Of a stretch of 64,000 nucleotides of DNA, positions 22,473-34,795 are shown piece after piece. The translations under genes and the position numbers were made by a program. The notes beneath the pieces are model-generated. The model ran no database searches. It was given only the letters and a program-made list of their open reading frames with translations, and had not been told where the DNA came from. How positions within the stretch are numbered: the stretch's first letter is position 1; each line of letters opens with the position of its first letter. The stretch comes from Salisapilia sapeloensis CBS 127946 (Eukaryota; Protista; Oomycota): the NCBI GenBank assembly GCA_023334545.1, contig JAADVB010000006.1, forward strand, positions 62,001-126,000. The letters are read 5' to 3'.

Positions 22473-24412
22473 CCTGAAAAAGGATTCTAACTAATGACTA
22501 GGCAAGTATTAGTTACTCAGTATGGTGAGAAAGAATGCCATATATGTACCGTAACGATCTACTTAAACTGTATTACAACTCGGAGTGGAAGGCTAATGCT
22601 TGGTATGTTGAACGTTCAGTAGCTTGATGTTTGAATAGCATAAACGCCACCGTTTCCAAAAGACCTGGTTGAAATCGCTGCATGACCGATCAAAACAAAT
22701 GGCAATGTATTTTTGGATGTTGAAACCCCCGACTAGAAAGGTGCACACGTAGGCAGTTAAATTTGCATGGCATCCGCTATGTAGTCATTCAACGACGCCT
22801 AGAGGAATTCAAAGCCTGAATTGGATTTGGCTTTTAGCCCAAGGAAAGAAGTCTATAAGTGTGAGAGAAGATGTATATAGGTAGGACTGTAGCAACGAGT
22901 CTCAACATAATAAGCAAGCATCTCATTGTTATTGACAAACTACGAGAATTGATGGATGATATGAAGTAAAAAGACAACGATCACAAGTCTTAAAGAGTCT
23001 TAGCATTATGCATCGGCATTATTTGCCGATCTAGAGGCGTCAAACGTAGCATTCTGTAAAGTTCAAGGCACTCTTGATGGACAACGTCGAAGTGAAGATG
23101 GTAGTCGGAGGCTATATTATCACAACAAACTTGTCACGGTACATGGTCTCGAGTATTCACGATTTATAATAAGATGGAAGCCAATTTTGTCTGTTAAACA
23201 ATGCAACACAGCTCGACGGTCATGAGATGAAAATGAGCAAGCAGGAAAAAAAGAGCGATCGTATTATGCAAGAACGATAGTGTTGCTTTTAATGGTAGTG
23301 TATCATATTAGATATATGTAGCCGAGTAAAAGCAGTGCTAGGTGGTCTATAAAAGAAGCAAAATGGTCATTGCGATCAATGTCAGACGTTGAATAGAACG
23401 TGATGGCGAAGTTAGGAACCGTGCTCATCCCGAGAGTGGTATTTGGGGCTATTATAAATTGCATGGTTCCAAGTTACCACTAGATTGCCTCAATGCCGTT
23501 GTAAGATACAAGCATGATGGTGCTGACAATGAAGGGTTTAAAGTATAATAGAACCATCAGGAGATGAATGATGATTCAGCTTGAGACCTGAGCGTTTATG
23601 GATTCACTTTATTTAGCAAAGCGGCTTTTAAAAGCTCTCATATAATGGATTTTTACGATGAGGCAGAGTACTCACTTGGGTAGCCGACTCTATGCGCTCG
23701 TAGTATGCGTATTGAAGACAGCTTAAAATAGAAATTATCACACCACGTAAGCTGTGGCTAAATCCTTCTTATACCTTAATTCCATGGCATCATGAATTCA
23801 TGCTTTTCTTGGGACAATCCAGTACTCTAGACTGGATTAACGAGAAAAATTTCTTATCTATAAATTCTAAATCCTATCGCCTCAAAGTATGTGGGCCTGC
23901 AAATCACTATGAGATCTACGATTCGCGCTTAAAACCTGACCCCTCTGGATGTTGCTAGCAGTCATGAAGGTGGCAAGTAGTTGCGATTGATTTTATCTTG
24001 TGAGGATGATAGAGAAAACTTCGTGTGTACAACGGAGTTAACCAAAATTCATTGTCGTACTGGTCAGTAGCTAGCGTTGGACTCGTATGCTTGTCCACTC
24101 TTTTCGGTTCAGTGATGGATGTTGTACCCACGGACAATGTACCAATCTGTTACGATTCGCGAAAACTTTGCATTTCTATATCCGCAATATCACGCCGAAT
24201 GAAGAAAGCTGCTGGAAACACAGAGTCTAACACTAAAAAAATCTACCTTGCCATTCATTTAATAGAAGAATAGCCTTATGACTTGACTATTAATGTCTTA
24301 TCTATCCCGCGAGCTTTGGCGAGGATTCTTTTAAAAGTCATACGGGTGTGACGAGACACTCTGCTTAAGTAGGAAATCCAAGGTAGACCGCTACGTTGGT
24401 ATCATTTGGATG

Positions 24413-24426
24413 CCATTCCTCAATTT
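24413..24426 (+). promoter_or_regulatory. Oomycete INR+FPR core promoter element
   Basis: CCATTCCTCAATTT fits the oomycete consensus YCATTYY-N-CAWTTY and lies about 65 nt upstream of ATG 24490. Confidence 0.6.
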
Positions 24427-24489
24427 GCTTCTTCCATCACAAGTGGTAACGCAAAGAGCCGCGTAGACATCAACTCTCTACTCTATCAA

Positions 24490-25299
24490 ATGAAGACACA
24501 ACTCCAACAAACTTTGCTCGCGCTTATCGTCTGCATCATGAGCACGACGCTGACTGCCGCAGATGACGATGTCAAGACGATTCTTAGCTCGGCAGGTGAC
24601 ATTCAGATCGCGCCTGCCATTGCTGCAGGTCTTGCAATCGGCATCGGTGCAATCGTAGCAGTCGCCGGATACAAGCTACTACGACCAACAATTTTCGTGT
24701 GCGGATTCCTCGCTGGAGGTATTATCACGGCTTTGGCGGTCCAAGAGGTTTTGGACTCGTACTCATGGGAGGATATTGCCTCCTGGATCGGATTTGCCGT
24801 TGGCGGTCTTGTCTGTGGTGCGATTGCGGTTGGAATTTACGCCGTTGGTGTCTTCCTCATCGGTGCCGCCGGCGGAGTCATCCTTGGCTTCATGCTCAAC
24901 TCATCATTTGGATACCTCATCTACCCTTCGCACCCGGGCGTCATTCTCGTCATATTCCTCATTGTGTTTGGAATCCTTGGCGGCATCCTGACGACAATGC
25001 TGGAGAGAACGATCATCATCGTGGCGACCAGTTTCATCGGATCATCCGCACTTGTGTGGGGCATTGGATACTATGCTGGAGACTACCCCAGTGGATCTGA
25101 CATCAAGCACTACTATGATGAAGCTGCTGATGGTAATTTCAACTACCATATCCCGGATGCTTGGTGGGCTTATTTGGTTGCCACGATCGTCATGTTCGTG
25201 CTAGGCATGTTCATCCAATTCCGCAAGACCGGCCGTAATGTCCATCATCAGCATGTACGTGGTAAACGCACGTACAACCAGGCTCTGACGCCGGTATAA
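24490..25299 (+). CDS. TM7S3/TM198-like (DUF4203) multi-pass membrane protein with signal peptide
   Basis: Signal peptide MKTQLQQTLLALIVCIMSTTLTA, then about 7 Gly-rich TM helices (AGYKLLRPTIFVCGFLAGG; IIVATSFIGS...WGIGYYAG). Intronless. Confidence 0.8.
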   Translation: MKTQLQQTLLALIVCIMSTTLTAADDDVKTILSSAGDIQIAPAIAAGLAIGIGAIVAVAGYKLLRPTIFVCGFLAGGIITALAVQEVLDSYSWEDIASWIGFAVGGLVCGAIAVGIYAVGVFLIGAAGGVILGFMLNSSFGYLIYPSHPGVILVIFLIVFGILGGILTTMLERTIIIVATSFIGSSALVWGIGYYAGDYPSGSDIKHYYDEAADGNFNYHIPDAWWAYLVATIVMFVLGMFIQFRKTGRNVHHQHVRGKRTYNQALTPV

Positions 25300-28160
25300 A
25301 GCCCGACAAGAAGGACTTTACGATTCATTTCAAGCACGCAACATACGCCGAAACTGTCAGGCAAGACAGTAGAATATATATGACATTAATGAACAATAAT
25401 ACAGACGGAGATATTTTGTTCACGAATTTGCTTGCCATCTTGTAGCATGTTTTGTACATCTACTGCCTAAACGTTTTTGATTTCAAAGACGACAATGTGG
25501 TAAGATTGAATAAGAAAGTAGAGTATGATGTATATACTCCCTGATTCATCGACAAAGCCGAGAGCATCGGTGTTAGAGGACTTCACTTTTTGTTTGCTAT
25601 CTTTCGCAAAGCAAAGATACTAACATGGAACCTTGGGTCCTAGGAAGGTCGTACATTGTATGACCTTTGAGCGAGGTCAGATAAATCGCAACTTTATTCA
25701 AAAATTTAGGCCTTCTTCGCACTGAATACCGATCCGGCGTTATTGGGATTCATCTTTTGTAACTCCCTTTATGATAACCGAAGCGGGCAATTCCGTGTTC
25801 ATTGAGAATAGCCGATTTTGTTTTGCCACTCGACATTGGAAACCTAAGGCAATACTTCAATATAACTTTTCCCACTATATCGAATGCACAAGCGAGTGCT
25901 TTGTACTATCAATGCAAATGCGAATCCATATTCTTGGTTTATCTCTGTCTTCGCCTTTGATGCAATCGGGAGGAAGCTATCTTCGAGAAGACTTCAAGCC
26001 ATGGCCTGTGCTCGAAATGTGCAAATTTGAAAAAACGCGTGAAAGACTCAGTGAGCTCTTCGATTTACTTGCGCTACTGCGCTCTTCGCTATTATTTCGG
26101 AACAGGCGCATTACCGTGGTGAACGAAATAATTGAGCGCCATTTGTAACTCATACTGTACTATGTCCCACTGAAATGGCGAAGAGCTCAATAGCGCAAGT
26201 AAATCGAAAGAAACTTCAACCTGGATGACTTCCGACGAGAAACCACAATACACTCGATACTAGGCCCGCCAAGACACGACAGAGGAATTGACGATAGACG
26301 TGGATAGGAATGGAAAGGTGGATAGCGATGTAAGAGCAGGATGAACCGACAGAGACTTAGTCATTGATTCCTATTACAGTGTTTGCGTCTTTGGTCGCAT
26401 ATACCTTAAATGCATTGGTGCATACCAGATTATCCGTTCAACGAGCACGACCATAAATCTTTACTTTATAAAACCAAAGCAAAGAATGAACGAGCTTGTT
26501 GAAGTGTCTTACAACCAACTTACTGGTACGAGACACAACTTACTCGCCAAGACTACACGATCAAATGAATTTATCTAAGCAATCTTCGCAATGTGCAATT
26601 GGTTTATCTTCATCTCGCCAAACAAAGTATAGGAAAGAGGACATGCCTGGATCCAGTTTGAGTATCATGTCCGTAAGTCATACACTTGGAGACTATGCAA
26701 CTTTGATTCTATGGATCCAGACATTTTCCCTTAAACGAGGTGTCCGGATAAAGTATGGTGCGTAGAAAAATTCGCGAACGCGACAAGAAGCCGGCATTGA
26801 ATCTTTATTAAAAATCTACTTGATTTTTCCTATCAGCTTTTTGATCGCCAATCTAAATCAACATCAGTGCCAACGTTCCTCGCTTTTTGCTCGCTATCAT
26901 GCAGCGTTTATAAATACCTCTGGCTACGTTCTGGTGTACCGACAATCATATAGCTAGAAAAGTAAGTTCTTTCGATGCTTCATGGGAATTGCTATCATTC
27001 AAGGAACGAAAGCTGTGAGCATTCAGTCAATCGCATTCGAGCGCTGTCATATGCGCAGTGTATCTTGGAGAGCAGGAGAATGTCTGCGATGATGACAGTT
27101 ACAAAGGTTTCCCGCTCTTCAGGTGCAAAATTTGCGACGAACAAAAGAAGCACACGAGCATGATGTTTCGACTATATCCAAATATCTATCTAGAAACAAC
27201 TGATGAGTACGCTTACATGTACTTATAAAAACTGGAATATCTGCTGATCTACTAAAACAATGAACGCTTCAGTTGGGATTGAAATTGTGGACACAGTCCA
27301 ACGGCTGTGTAAAGGCATCCGAGTTTGGACGACAGACATCAAGTCGTGTACCCAGAAACCTATACGTTTCGTCCTACAAGCATAATTCCTCTTAATCTTC
27401 TACCAACATCCATTGTCGTCCGTTTTATGTCACAGAGGAATGTACCTACCAAAGTCCTTTTATCTCTTGTATCAATATGACCTCCAGTTTATACAGGCTC
27501 TAGGCAGATGGAAGAGAAGGCAAGTCTGCGACGCTTTTTATAGAAAAGCGTGGAACCTGGTTTTCGATTCCCTCCGTCAAAAGCTAGAGAGTACCCGCAT
27601 GTGACTAAACAGGAATGGGGGATTGTAATCGCAACATCTTGCCTCAGTTGATGCCATCACCTCCATCTTGGCACCATCCTTTGCTTTATCGACCTCATAC
27701 CACTATTTACACTACAATTGCTATCATCTTCTCTTGCGTATCGAAACCGTTTGCACGCGTTCTTGCGTCGACCGACCCGTCAGCTAGCCTCGCGTACCCA
27801 CGTCGTAGGTACAATTCCACTCGAGCGGGACGATTTAGTTCTGAACCCAACGAATAGTCTTTTAAAACGTAAGGATTAGGAGAAAATTAAAGGCGACAGC
27901 GACGTTTTACCATTTTGACTTGCAGACTTCTTTGGTTAGGGCGAGCTCCTTTCCGACCGGCAAAGTGCTTCCAGCCGCGAAAGGCCTCTCGAACGCATTC
28001 ACCCATATCGGCGTTTACGACACACGACCTCTACCGCTTGTCTATCTAATTCTACCTCTATTCTCTTGCCGTTTCGTGCTCTTTCATCGATCGGTACACA
28101 TACCGCTTGCGACGAATCCTACCTCCCTCCTCACACACACTCGCTCCTTTGGTTGAAAGC

Positions 28161-31100
28161 ATGACGTTTAGCTTCAGTGGTAACGGTAGCATCATGTCTG
28201 AACGCGTTCGTACGTCGTCTCTGCAAGCGTACAACTTGTACGAGACGCGTAGGAGCATCGCGAATGACGGGGCCGACCCGACGCAAATTCCGAGCTTTGA
28301 AGAGCTCAATCCGTATAATTCGCACTCGACGCGGAAGGATAAACGGTGGCAACCCGTCCAGGGCTTGTCCCATTCGCATGAATCCATGCGGCTGCGTCAG
28401 TCCGTCGGACAACTATTGTACGAGACACATCAACAGATCTCGGCTGAGGAGCTAGAAGTGCGCGCGAATACGCCCGAGTTCAAGGTCCTCGAGAGCGACT
28501 GGGTTGCTCATAATGCGAACAATCAACTAGCGCTTATTAAACCTCTCAAGACCGTCGCGAGGCTGCCCGTGTCCTTGCTCGTGCTGGACGAACGGCAGTC
28601 GAGTACATCGACCGGTCCGACTCTCTCTGGCTTCCTACGTAAGCGAGGCGAGACGAACAAGGCCTTTAAGAAGCGATACATGGAATTAAACGGTTCAGTC
28701 CTATCCTATTATCGCAAAGTGCCGGAAAAGAACGGCGTGCCGTTATCTCGAGATGATAAAAAGGCACGTGAAAGCGGTAGTATCGACCTCGATAGTGTCT
28801 CATCGTTACAACCGCTCGAGTCGTCCGTCAAGGGTGAACAATTTGGCGTTCAGCTCGTGACGACAAGTCGGACGTGGATCTTGGCAGCAGACTCGCAAGG
28901 TGACTTTGAGCGATGGGTCAAAGCCATGTGTGAAGTGGTCAAGTTCACTGCGATCCACATCAAGTTCAAACGCATGTTCCAGCTACAGGAAGTCAGTTCT
29001 CGCGCTGTCACGGACGTTCGAATGGTCATTCCTGTTGGTGATACAGTCGGAGAAGTCGTGGAGCATATCTTTAACTGCTACCAACAAGCATTGGATGCTG
29101 CACCGTTGAAACCGTATGATCCGAGCAAGTACTTGCTCAAAGTAACTGGATTCCGAGACTATATGATCGATCGTTATCGTGTCGTGAACGAGTACATGCA
29201 CGTCCGTGAGTGTCTGCTCACGAACAAGACGCTACGTCTCACTGTCGTCCACGAGTCGGTCATCCAAGAGACAGCGAATCGCAGTCTGAGCATCCGTCCG
29301 AACATGCCGATCGTCGGGAATGCTATTCGCAATGAACTCGCTGGTTTTGCCGATAACGAACGTCCTGGTCCGGTGTCCATGACGACGCTTGGTGACGCGG
29401 ATTTGGACAGCTTCTCTTCAGCAGATCAAGTCGATGCCATTCCCAGTGGCAACGTCGATGAACCAGTGCGTGTACGTGTGAAGCGTATTCTCAACATTCC
29501 GCGTGAAGTCTACAGTGACACAGGCGAGCTGCGTCCGATCAAGAGCACTGCCGTCGTCGTCCGTGTCCAGCTCTTTGACGGCGGACAACTCATCGACGAA
29601 GGGTCTCTCGACACGAAAGACGTGCGTCTCGTCGGTCAGAGCAAAACATCGCTCTATGCTATCTGGTCTGAACCGGCATGGCATGAGTTCCCGATCACTG
29701 TCGGTGAAATAACAAAGTCCATGCGCATGCAATTCACAGTCCTCGGGACGAAGAAGAGTCCTGGTAGCAGTACTTCATTATCTGCGAGTTCCTCCTCTGG
29801 CATGTCCATGTCATCGATGATGATCGCAGCGGAAGAAAAGATTTTAATCAGTGGCATCAACCTCTTTGACGTCTCAGGACACCTGACACAAGGTGAGCAA
29901 TACATTCGCATGCTGGACAATCGACACAACTGTACCACTGGTCCAGTCCCGCACGTCGTGTATACCAAGAAGCCGATGATTAACATCGATCTGAGCAAAT
30001 TCGACGTCCCGATCGAGTTCAATTGGGACAGTCTTGACAATTCCAACGGCACGCGCTATAAGCGTCGATCTCTTGTGCGTGGCAGTCGATCTACGATGCT
30101 CCATAAGGAAGGCTGGTTGCGGAAAGTTGGGCAGTTCAAGTCGCTCACCAAGTGGCGTCCGAGGTGGTTTGTCTGTGACCAAGAGACGTGCTCTCTTAGC
30201 TACGCTGCAGATGAGAGTGCACCGCGAAAGGTAGTGCCGCTGAAACACTGCTCTGTCAATCGTGCTGATGACATGAACAACAAGTTCACGACGGGTACCA
30301 AGGGTACGCGTAAGGAACGTCAGACGTGGTGCTTCAAAGTGCGTCCGCAGAACTCATCGAGAGATTACATCATGTCTGCTGCGACGAAACAAGAGCGAGA
30401 GGAGTGGATGATGGCGATTCTGACGGTGTCCAAGGGTGAAGGCGCGAATCAGGATCTAGCTGAGACGATTCCGATCGAAGCGCGGCCGGTGTATGGCTTG
30501 GAAGAGAAGCTGTCGCCTGTGAACAGCAACGAGTTGGCGACGGAAGGCTCTGACACGGAGATTCGGCAGTCCATCGGTCGACAACGTGCTGGCTCGAGCT
30601 CAAGTTCGCAGCGTGATGGCGACAGCGACATCTCGGAGCTACGCAAGGTCATTCTAGAAGATCCGTTGTATCCGCTGAGTCCGTACCAGAAGGCTCGTAT
30701 GTGGAAACATCGAGATGAGTTTATTGATCTGCCGGAAGCTCTGCCACGCATCCTGTCGTGTGTCCATTGGGGAGACAAGGCAGAGATGGATGAAGCGCTG
30801 CAGCTCCTGCCGAAATGGCCAGTCCCTGCGAACCACGCGTCGTACTTGGAGCTCTTGAAAGGCGAGTTTGCGAATGAAGAGATTCGTCAGTTTGCCGTCC
30901 ATCGTCTGGCACAGATGGCTGATACGACGTTTAGTTACTTTTTACCACAACTGGTGCAAGCACTCAAGTATGAGAACCACCATCGCTCTCCTCTAGCTCT
31001 GCATTTGATCGAACGAGCGATTAAGAATCCGAATCAGATCGGATTCGATCTTTTCTGGAGCATGAAAGTCGAGTCGCATCATGATCAGTACTTTGAACGC

Positions 31101-32228
31101 TATGGAACGCTCTTGAATGCCTACTTGGATGTATGCAGTAGTAAGATGCGTGATATTCTCAAGCTTCAGGACAAGTTGTTTAGTAAAGACGGTATGTTCG
31201 ATCGTATCTGTCAAGAAGTCAAGGGAAAGGATAGTGATAAATTCGCTATGCATCAGACGATGGAGGAGGGATTGGAAGCGTTGAATGAAATCCTTCCGTC
31301 GTCGTTCCAACTACCGATTGATCCGCGTATCGAAGTCGGGAAGATTGTTGTGAGTAAATGTCGTGTCATGGATTCGGCCAAGAAACCGCTATGGCTTGTC
31401 TTTGAGAATGCAGAGGATGGAGGAGAGGAGATTACGGTTATGTACAAGGCTGGAGATGACGTTCGACAGGACTGTTTGACACTCCAGCTCGTTCGTCTTA
31501 TGGATGAAATGTGGCGCGACGAAGGTCTTGATCTTGCCATGGAGCCCTACAAGTGTGTCGCGACGTCGCCCATGACCGGTATCGTGCAGATCGTCCCGAA
31601 CTCGGTGACGACGGCGCAGATCCAGAAGCGTGTGGGTATCCTCGGAGCCTTCAAAGACCCAAGCTTCTCCGATTGGATTAAGGCGAATAACCCGGATAAG
31701 AAGAGCCACAAGGCTGCTGTGGACCTGTACTCTCGATCAGTAGCTGGCTACTGTGTCGCGACGTTCGTGCTGGGTATCGGCGATCGACACAATGACAACA
31801 TCATGATGCAGTCCAATGGTCGCTACTTCCATATCGACTTTGGTCATTTCTTAGGGCACTTAAAGTACTTCCAAGGCGCCGTGAAACGTGAGCGGACGCC
31901 GTTTGTCTTCACAAAAGAGATGGCACATGTCTTTGGTGGCATGGATACAGAAGAGTATAACAAGTTCGCCCAGACAGCGTGCACGGCGTACAATATTGTG
32001 CGCAAGCACATGCACTTGCTAGCAGCATTGCTGGAGTTGATGGTACCTGCGGACATGCCAGAGCTGTCTGGTCGTGATGACATTAACCACTTGATCATGA
32101 TGTTGAATCCGGAAGCGAGCGATGAAGAAGCTGCTCGGAATCTTGAGATCCTGCTCCACATTTGCGTCGGTGACAAATTCAAGCGACTGGATAATATGAT
32201 TCACATCGTCACGCACCTCCTTGGCTAA
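28161..32228 (+). CDS. Class I-like phosphoinositide 3-kinase with two PH domains (PH-RBD-C2-PH-helical-kinase), intronless
   Basis: Kinase motifs MDSAKKPLWL, YKAGDDVRQD, LGIGDRHNDN, HIDFGHFLG. Helical domain FLPQLVQALKYE. RBD-like YLLKVTGFRDY..YMHVRECL. PH domains at about 28615-28940 and 30093-30425. Confidence 0.93.
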   Translation: MTFSFSGNGSIMSERVRTSSLQAYNLYETRRSIANDGADPTQIPSFEELNPYNSHSTRKDKRWQPVQGLSHSHESMRLRQSVGQLLYETHQQISAEELEVRANTPEFKVLESDWVAHNANNQLALIKPLKTVARLPVSLLVLDERQSSTSTGPTLSGFLRKRGETNKAFKKRYMELNGSVLSYYRKVPEKNGVPLSRDDKKARESGSIDLDSVSSLQPLESSVKGEQFGVQLVTTSRTWILAADSQGDFERWVKAMCEVVKFTAIHIKFKRMFQLQEVSSRAVTDVRMVIPVGDTVGEVVEHIFNCYQQALDAAPLKPYDPSKYLLKVTGFRDYMIDRYRVVNEYMHVRECLLTNKTLRLTVVHESVIQETANRSLSIRPNMPIVGNAIRNELAGFADNERPGPVSMTTLGDADLDSFSSADQVDAIPSGNVDEPVRVRVKRILNIPREVYSDTGELRPIKSTAVVVRVQLFDGGQLIDEGSLDTKDVRLVGQSKTSLYAIWSEPAWHEFPITVGEITKSMRMQFTVLGTKKSPGSSTSLSASSSSGMSMSSMMIAAEEKILISGINLFDVSGHLTQGEQYIRMLDNRHNCTTGPVPHVVYTKKPMINIDLSKFDVPIEFNWDSLDNSNGTRYKRRSLVRGSRSTMLHKEGWLRKVGQFKSLTKWRPRWFVCDQETCSLSYAADESAPRKVVPLKHCSVNRADDMNNKFTTGTKGTRKERQTWCFKVRPQNSSRDYIMSAATKQEREEWMMAILTVSKGEGANQDLAETIPIEARPVYGLEEKLSPVNSNELATEGSDTEIRQSIGRQRAGSSSSSQRDGDSDISELRKVILEDPLYPLSPYQKARMWKHRDEFIDLPEALPRILSCVHWGDKAEMDEALQLLPKWPVPANHASYLELLKGEFANEEIRQFAVHRLAQMADTTFSYFLPQLVQALKYENHHRSPLALHLIERAIKNPNQIGFDLFWSMKVESHHDQYFERYGTLLNAYLDVCSSKMRDILKLQDKLFSKDGMFDRICQEVKGKDSDKFAMHQTMEEGLEALNEILPSSFQLPIDPRIEVGKIVVSKCRVMDSAKKPLWLVFENAEDGGEEITVMYKAGDDVRQDCLTLQLVRLMDEMWRDEGLDLAMEPYKCVATSPMTGIVQIVPNSVTTAQIQKRVGILGAFKDPSFSDWIKANNPDKKSHKAAVDLYSRSVAGYCVATFVLGIGDRHNDNIMMQSNGRYFHIDFGHFLGHLKYFQGAVKRERTPFVFTKEMAHVFGGMDTEEYNKFAQTACTAYNIVRKHMHLLAALLELMVPADMPELSGRDDINHLIMMLNPEASDEEAARNLEILLHICVGDKFKRLDNMIHIVTHLLG

Positions 32229-32561
32229 TAGCGGATTGGAATGGACGCGCAGGAACTCTACTATGTTTACTTCTTTTTTTCTTATCGGAAAATGCCTTTT
32301 AAACTCATGCAAAACACGACGTAGGCTTTTGTTTGAATACTTGCTTATCTATTCTCACGACGTTCAAAGGTAGGTGGACCCTCTGCTATTCTTCGTAAAT
32401 GCTATGATACTTTTGATATTGATAAGATTTCTTCATCAAATCCTCATAAGATTATACGTTAGCATATATGAAAGAAAGGGTAGTCGATAAAGGCTATACT
32501 TGTGATAAACACTGGAGAGGATGGGATTGAATATACAGGAAGAGTTGTATTGTCTATCTAG

Positions 32562-34672
32562 TTACTTTCGGAAACGTCGACTCTTTCCCTGCTTCTTCAG
32601 ACCGAGTTCACCAACACCGCGTTTCTTTCGACGCTGAGAATTATCCTGTCCGTCCTGCTTTTGCCTGTCACTTTTCGGGATGAAAGACATTTCGCGAACG
32701 TAACCTTCCGCATTATCCTTCCGGAACGAACTGGTTTCATGACCGCCTTGTTCACGTTCCATGCGTACTCGTTCCGCGAGTGGAATTTTGGCCAGTTTCT
32801 TCTTTTCTTTCTGCTCCGCACGATCACGTGCCGTGCCGAACTCTGTCAGGTCATCCACCTGTTCACCCTTGGCTAGTTCATAGAATTTCGGCTTCTTGTG
32901 CTCAGGAGCTTCATCTTCCGATGAAGACACGTCTTCTTCCTCTGCATCTGAAACCAGATCGAATCGACCTGCCTCCTCTTCCTCCTCTTCCTCCTCGTCG
33001 TCCTCTGCACCATCACTATCCATATCTTCATTTTGCTTCTTCTCCTTGCCTGCATTCGGATGCAGACGCCTGTACTCGGCACTATCCTCATCCACTTCAA
33101 ACTCTTTGCTCGTGAACATTCGCGAGAAACGGTCATCGCCAAGTGGATTCGCCAACGTATCGTCTTCCGGCACTTGTTCCTCATCCTTCTTGTTCTTCGA
33201 CTTGATCAGTCGTTCCGCCGTCGCACGATTAACCTTTGGCAATCTGCGCTGGATAGTAATACGGTTCGCATGCTTCGCTTCGAGTTTCTCCTGCATCTTC
33301 TTCTTTCGATAGTCTTCGTACGCAAACGGATTCGCTATCGCCTTCACCTTATTGTACAATCGAGCATCCATGAAGAACCCATGCATGTACGCTCGAAGCA
33401 AGGCAGTGCCAATAAGATGTTCGAGACCAAAGGACGCCAGCTCTTGTCTCGTGACGAACTTATAGTCGTCGTACACTGTCGCCTGGGCTTCTTCCTCCAG
33501 CTCTTCCGTGATGGAATCGAGGAAGGAACACCACTTGGGTGCGACGCCGAGTTCAGGAACGTAATAAGACATGACACGCTCTTGTTCTCCAGCTACAAGC
33601 ACGACACCAGACTGTTCTTGAGACTGTGTGCCAGCGCCGACAACACACACGTCCCGGACTTCAGCTGGTGTCTCGACATTCGTGAAGATGTCACCAGTGT
33701 CTCGATCCCACATCTTGAGTACTTTCGAGTCGGAAGAGATGACGTTGTTCGAGGTGGAGTGGAACTTAATATCGACGATCGGCAGGCCGTACTGGTGCGA
33801 CTTGTGCAGTAACGGCTTGGAGGACCGCAAATCGTACAGGAGGCAATTGCCATCAGATGTGCCGACGCCAAAAGTGAGTCCATCGCGATCGAATTCCATC
33901 GCTGTGATCTCAAAGTTTGACGGAGGTCCGTTTGGATGCACGGCGTCTGCGATTGAGTCGAGCAATCCCACTCGCTCCTGACTGCGTGTATCCCAGCACT
34001 CTACTATGCCGTCTTCACATCCGAGTCCTAGTAGCTGGTGCACGGGGTTTAGTTTAACTGTATTCACGCCGGTGGAAGAGGTGGCTAGTGGAGCTAGGAA
34101 GCGTCCTTGGTCCAAGTTGAGACGATAGACTTCGGGGCCAGATGCACCAATGTACATATCGCAATTCTCGCGTTGATAGCACATGTCTCGACCGAATTTC
34201 GGCACACGAAGACTGTAATGAGAACCGTATGGAGCATGGAAGACGATAGATCTATCCGTCTGAAGGAAGGCGAGCTTCCCAAAGTCTTGCGACAGGATTT
34301 CGAATTGCACGACTTCCGCATCCAGTCGTCGCTCGAACTTGAGACTCAAGTCTCGGACGTCAAAGACTTTGACGACTGGAGGGTACATACCCGTGCCTAC
34401 GATATAGTTTCCATCTCCAGACATCTTAAGACGCTGGGACCCGGATGGAAAATGGAAGTCCTGCAGCAATTCAACGCGTTTACGGTAGTCTATAGCCCAA
34501 TACATCTCAGGTCATGCTTCCAGTTACTCTACTTTGCACATAGAATAAAATTACCTTCATCTTTCGACAGCGCTCTCTTGGTCTTCTCTGCCTGCCATTG
34601 TGGCAATGTTTTTCCAGACGCCAAGTTGTAGATCTTGACGCCATTAAGCGTCGAAGCAGCCAGCGATGCCAT
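32562..34672 (-). CDS. NOL10: Nucleolar protein 10 (Enp2), WD40 + NUC153, 2 exons
   Basis: Exon 1 MASLAASTLNGVKIYNLASGKTLPQW, intron 34490-34554, then DYRKRVELLQDFHFP, LGVAPKWCSFLDSITEELEE, LLRAYMHGFFMD, DDRFSRMFTSKEFEVD. Confidence 0.95.
32955..33010 (-). repeat. GAG/GAA-rich low-complexity tract encoding an acidic run in NOL10
   Basis: cctcctcttcctcctcttcctcctcgtcgtcc encodes EDDEEEEEEEE. Confidence 0.6.
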
Positions 34673-34795
34673 GCCCAATGTCTTATTCGCTTTGATGTCC
34701 ATCCAAGCATTCTTCTGTGATTGGCTAAAAATTATATTTTATACCAATCATCTGTCGGACATGGGATACCGGTCATATCGAGCGACCTGTAGGAC

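Noticed and set aside
25771-27857. Short ORFs in the intergenic island
   Set aside because: No motifs, no consistent splice-joined frame and non-coding-like composition.
33033-33812. 259-aa plus-strand ORF (and similar ORFs at 39844-40542, 60152-60859, 11359-12027, 38231-39013)
   Set aside because: These are antisense shadows of well-supported genes on the opposite strand, with no recognisable motifs.
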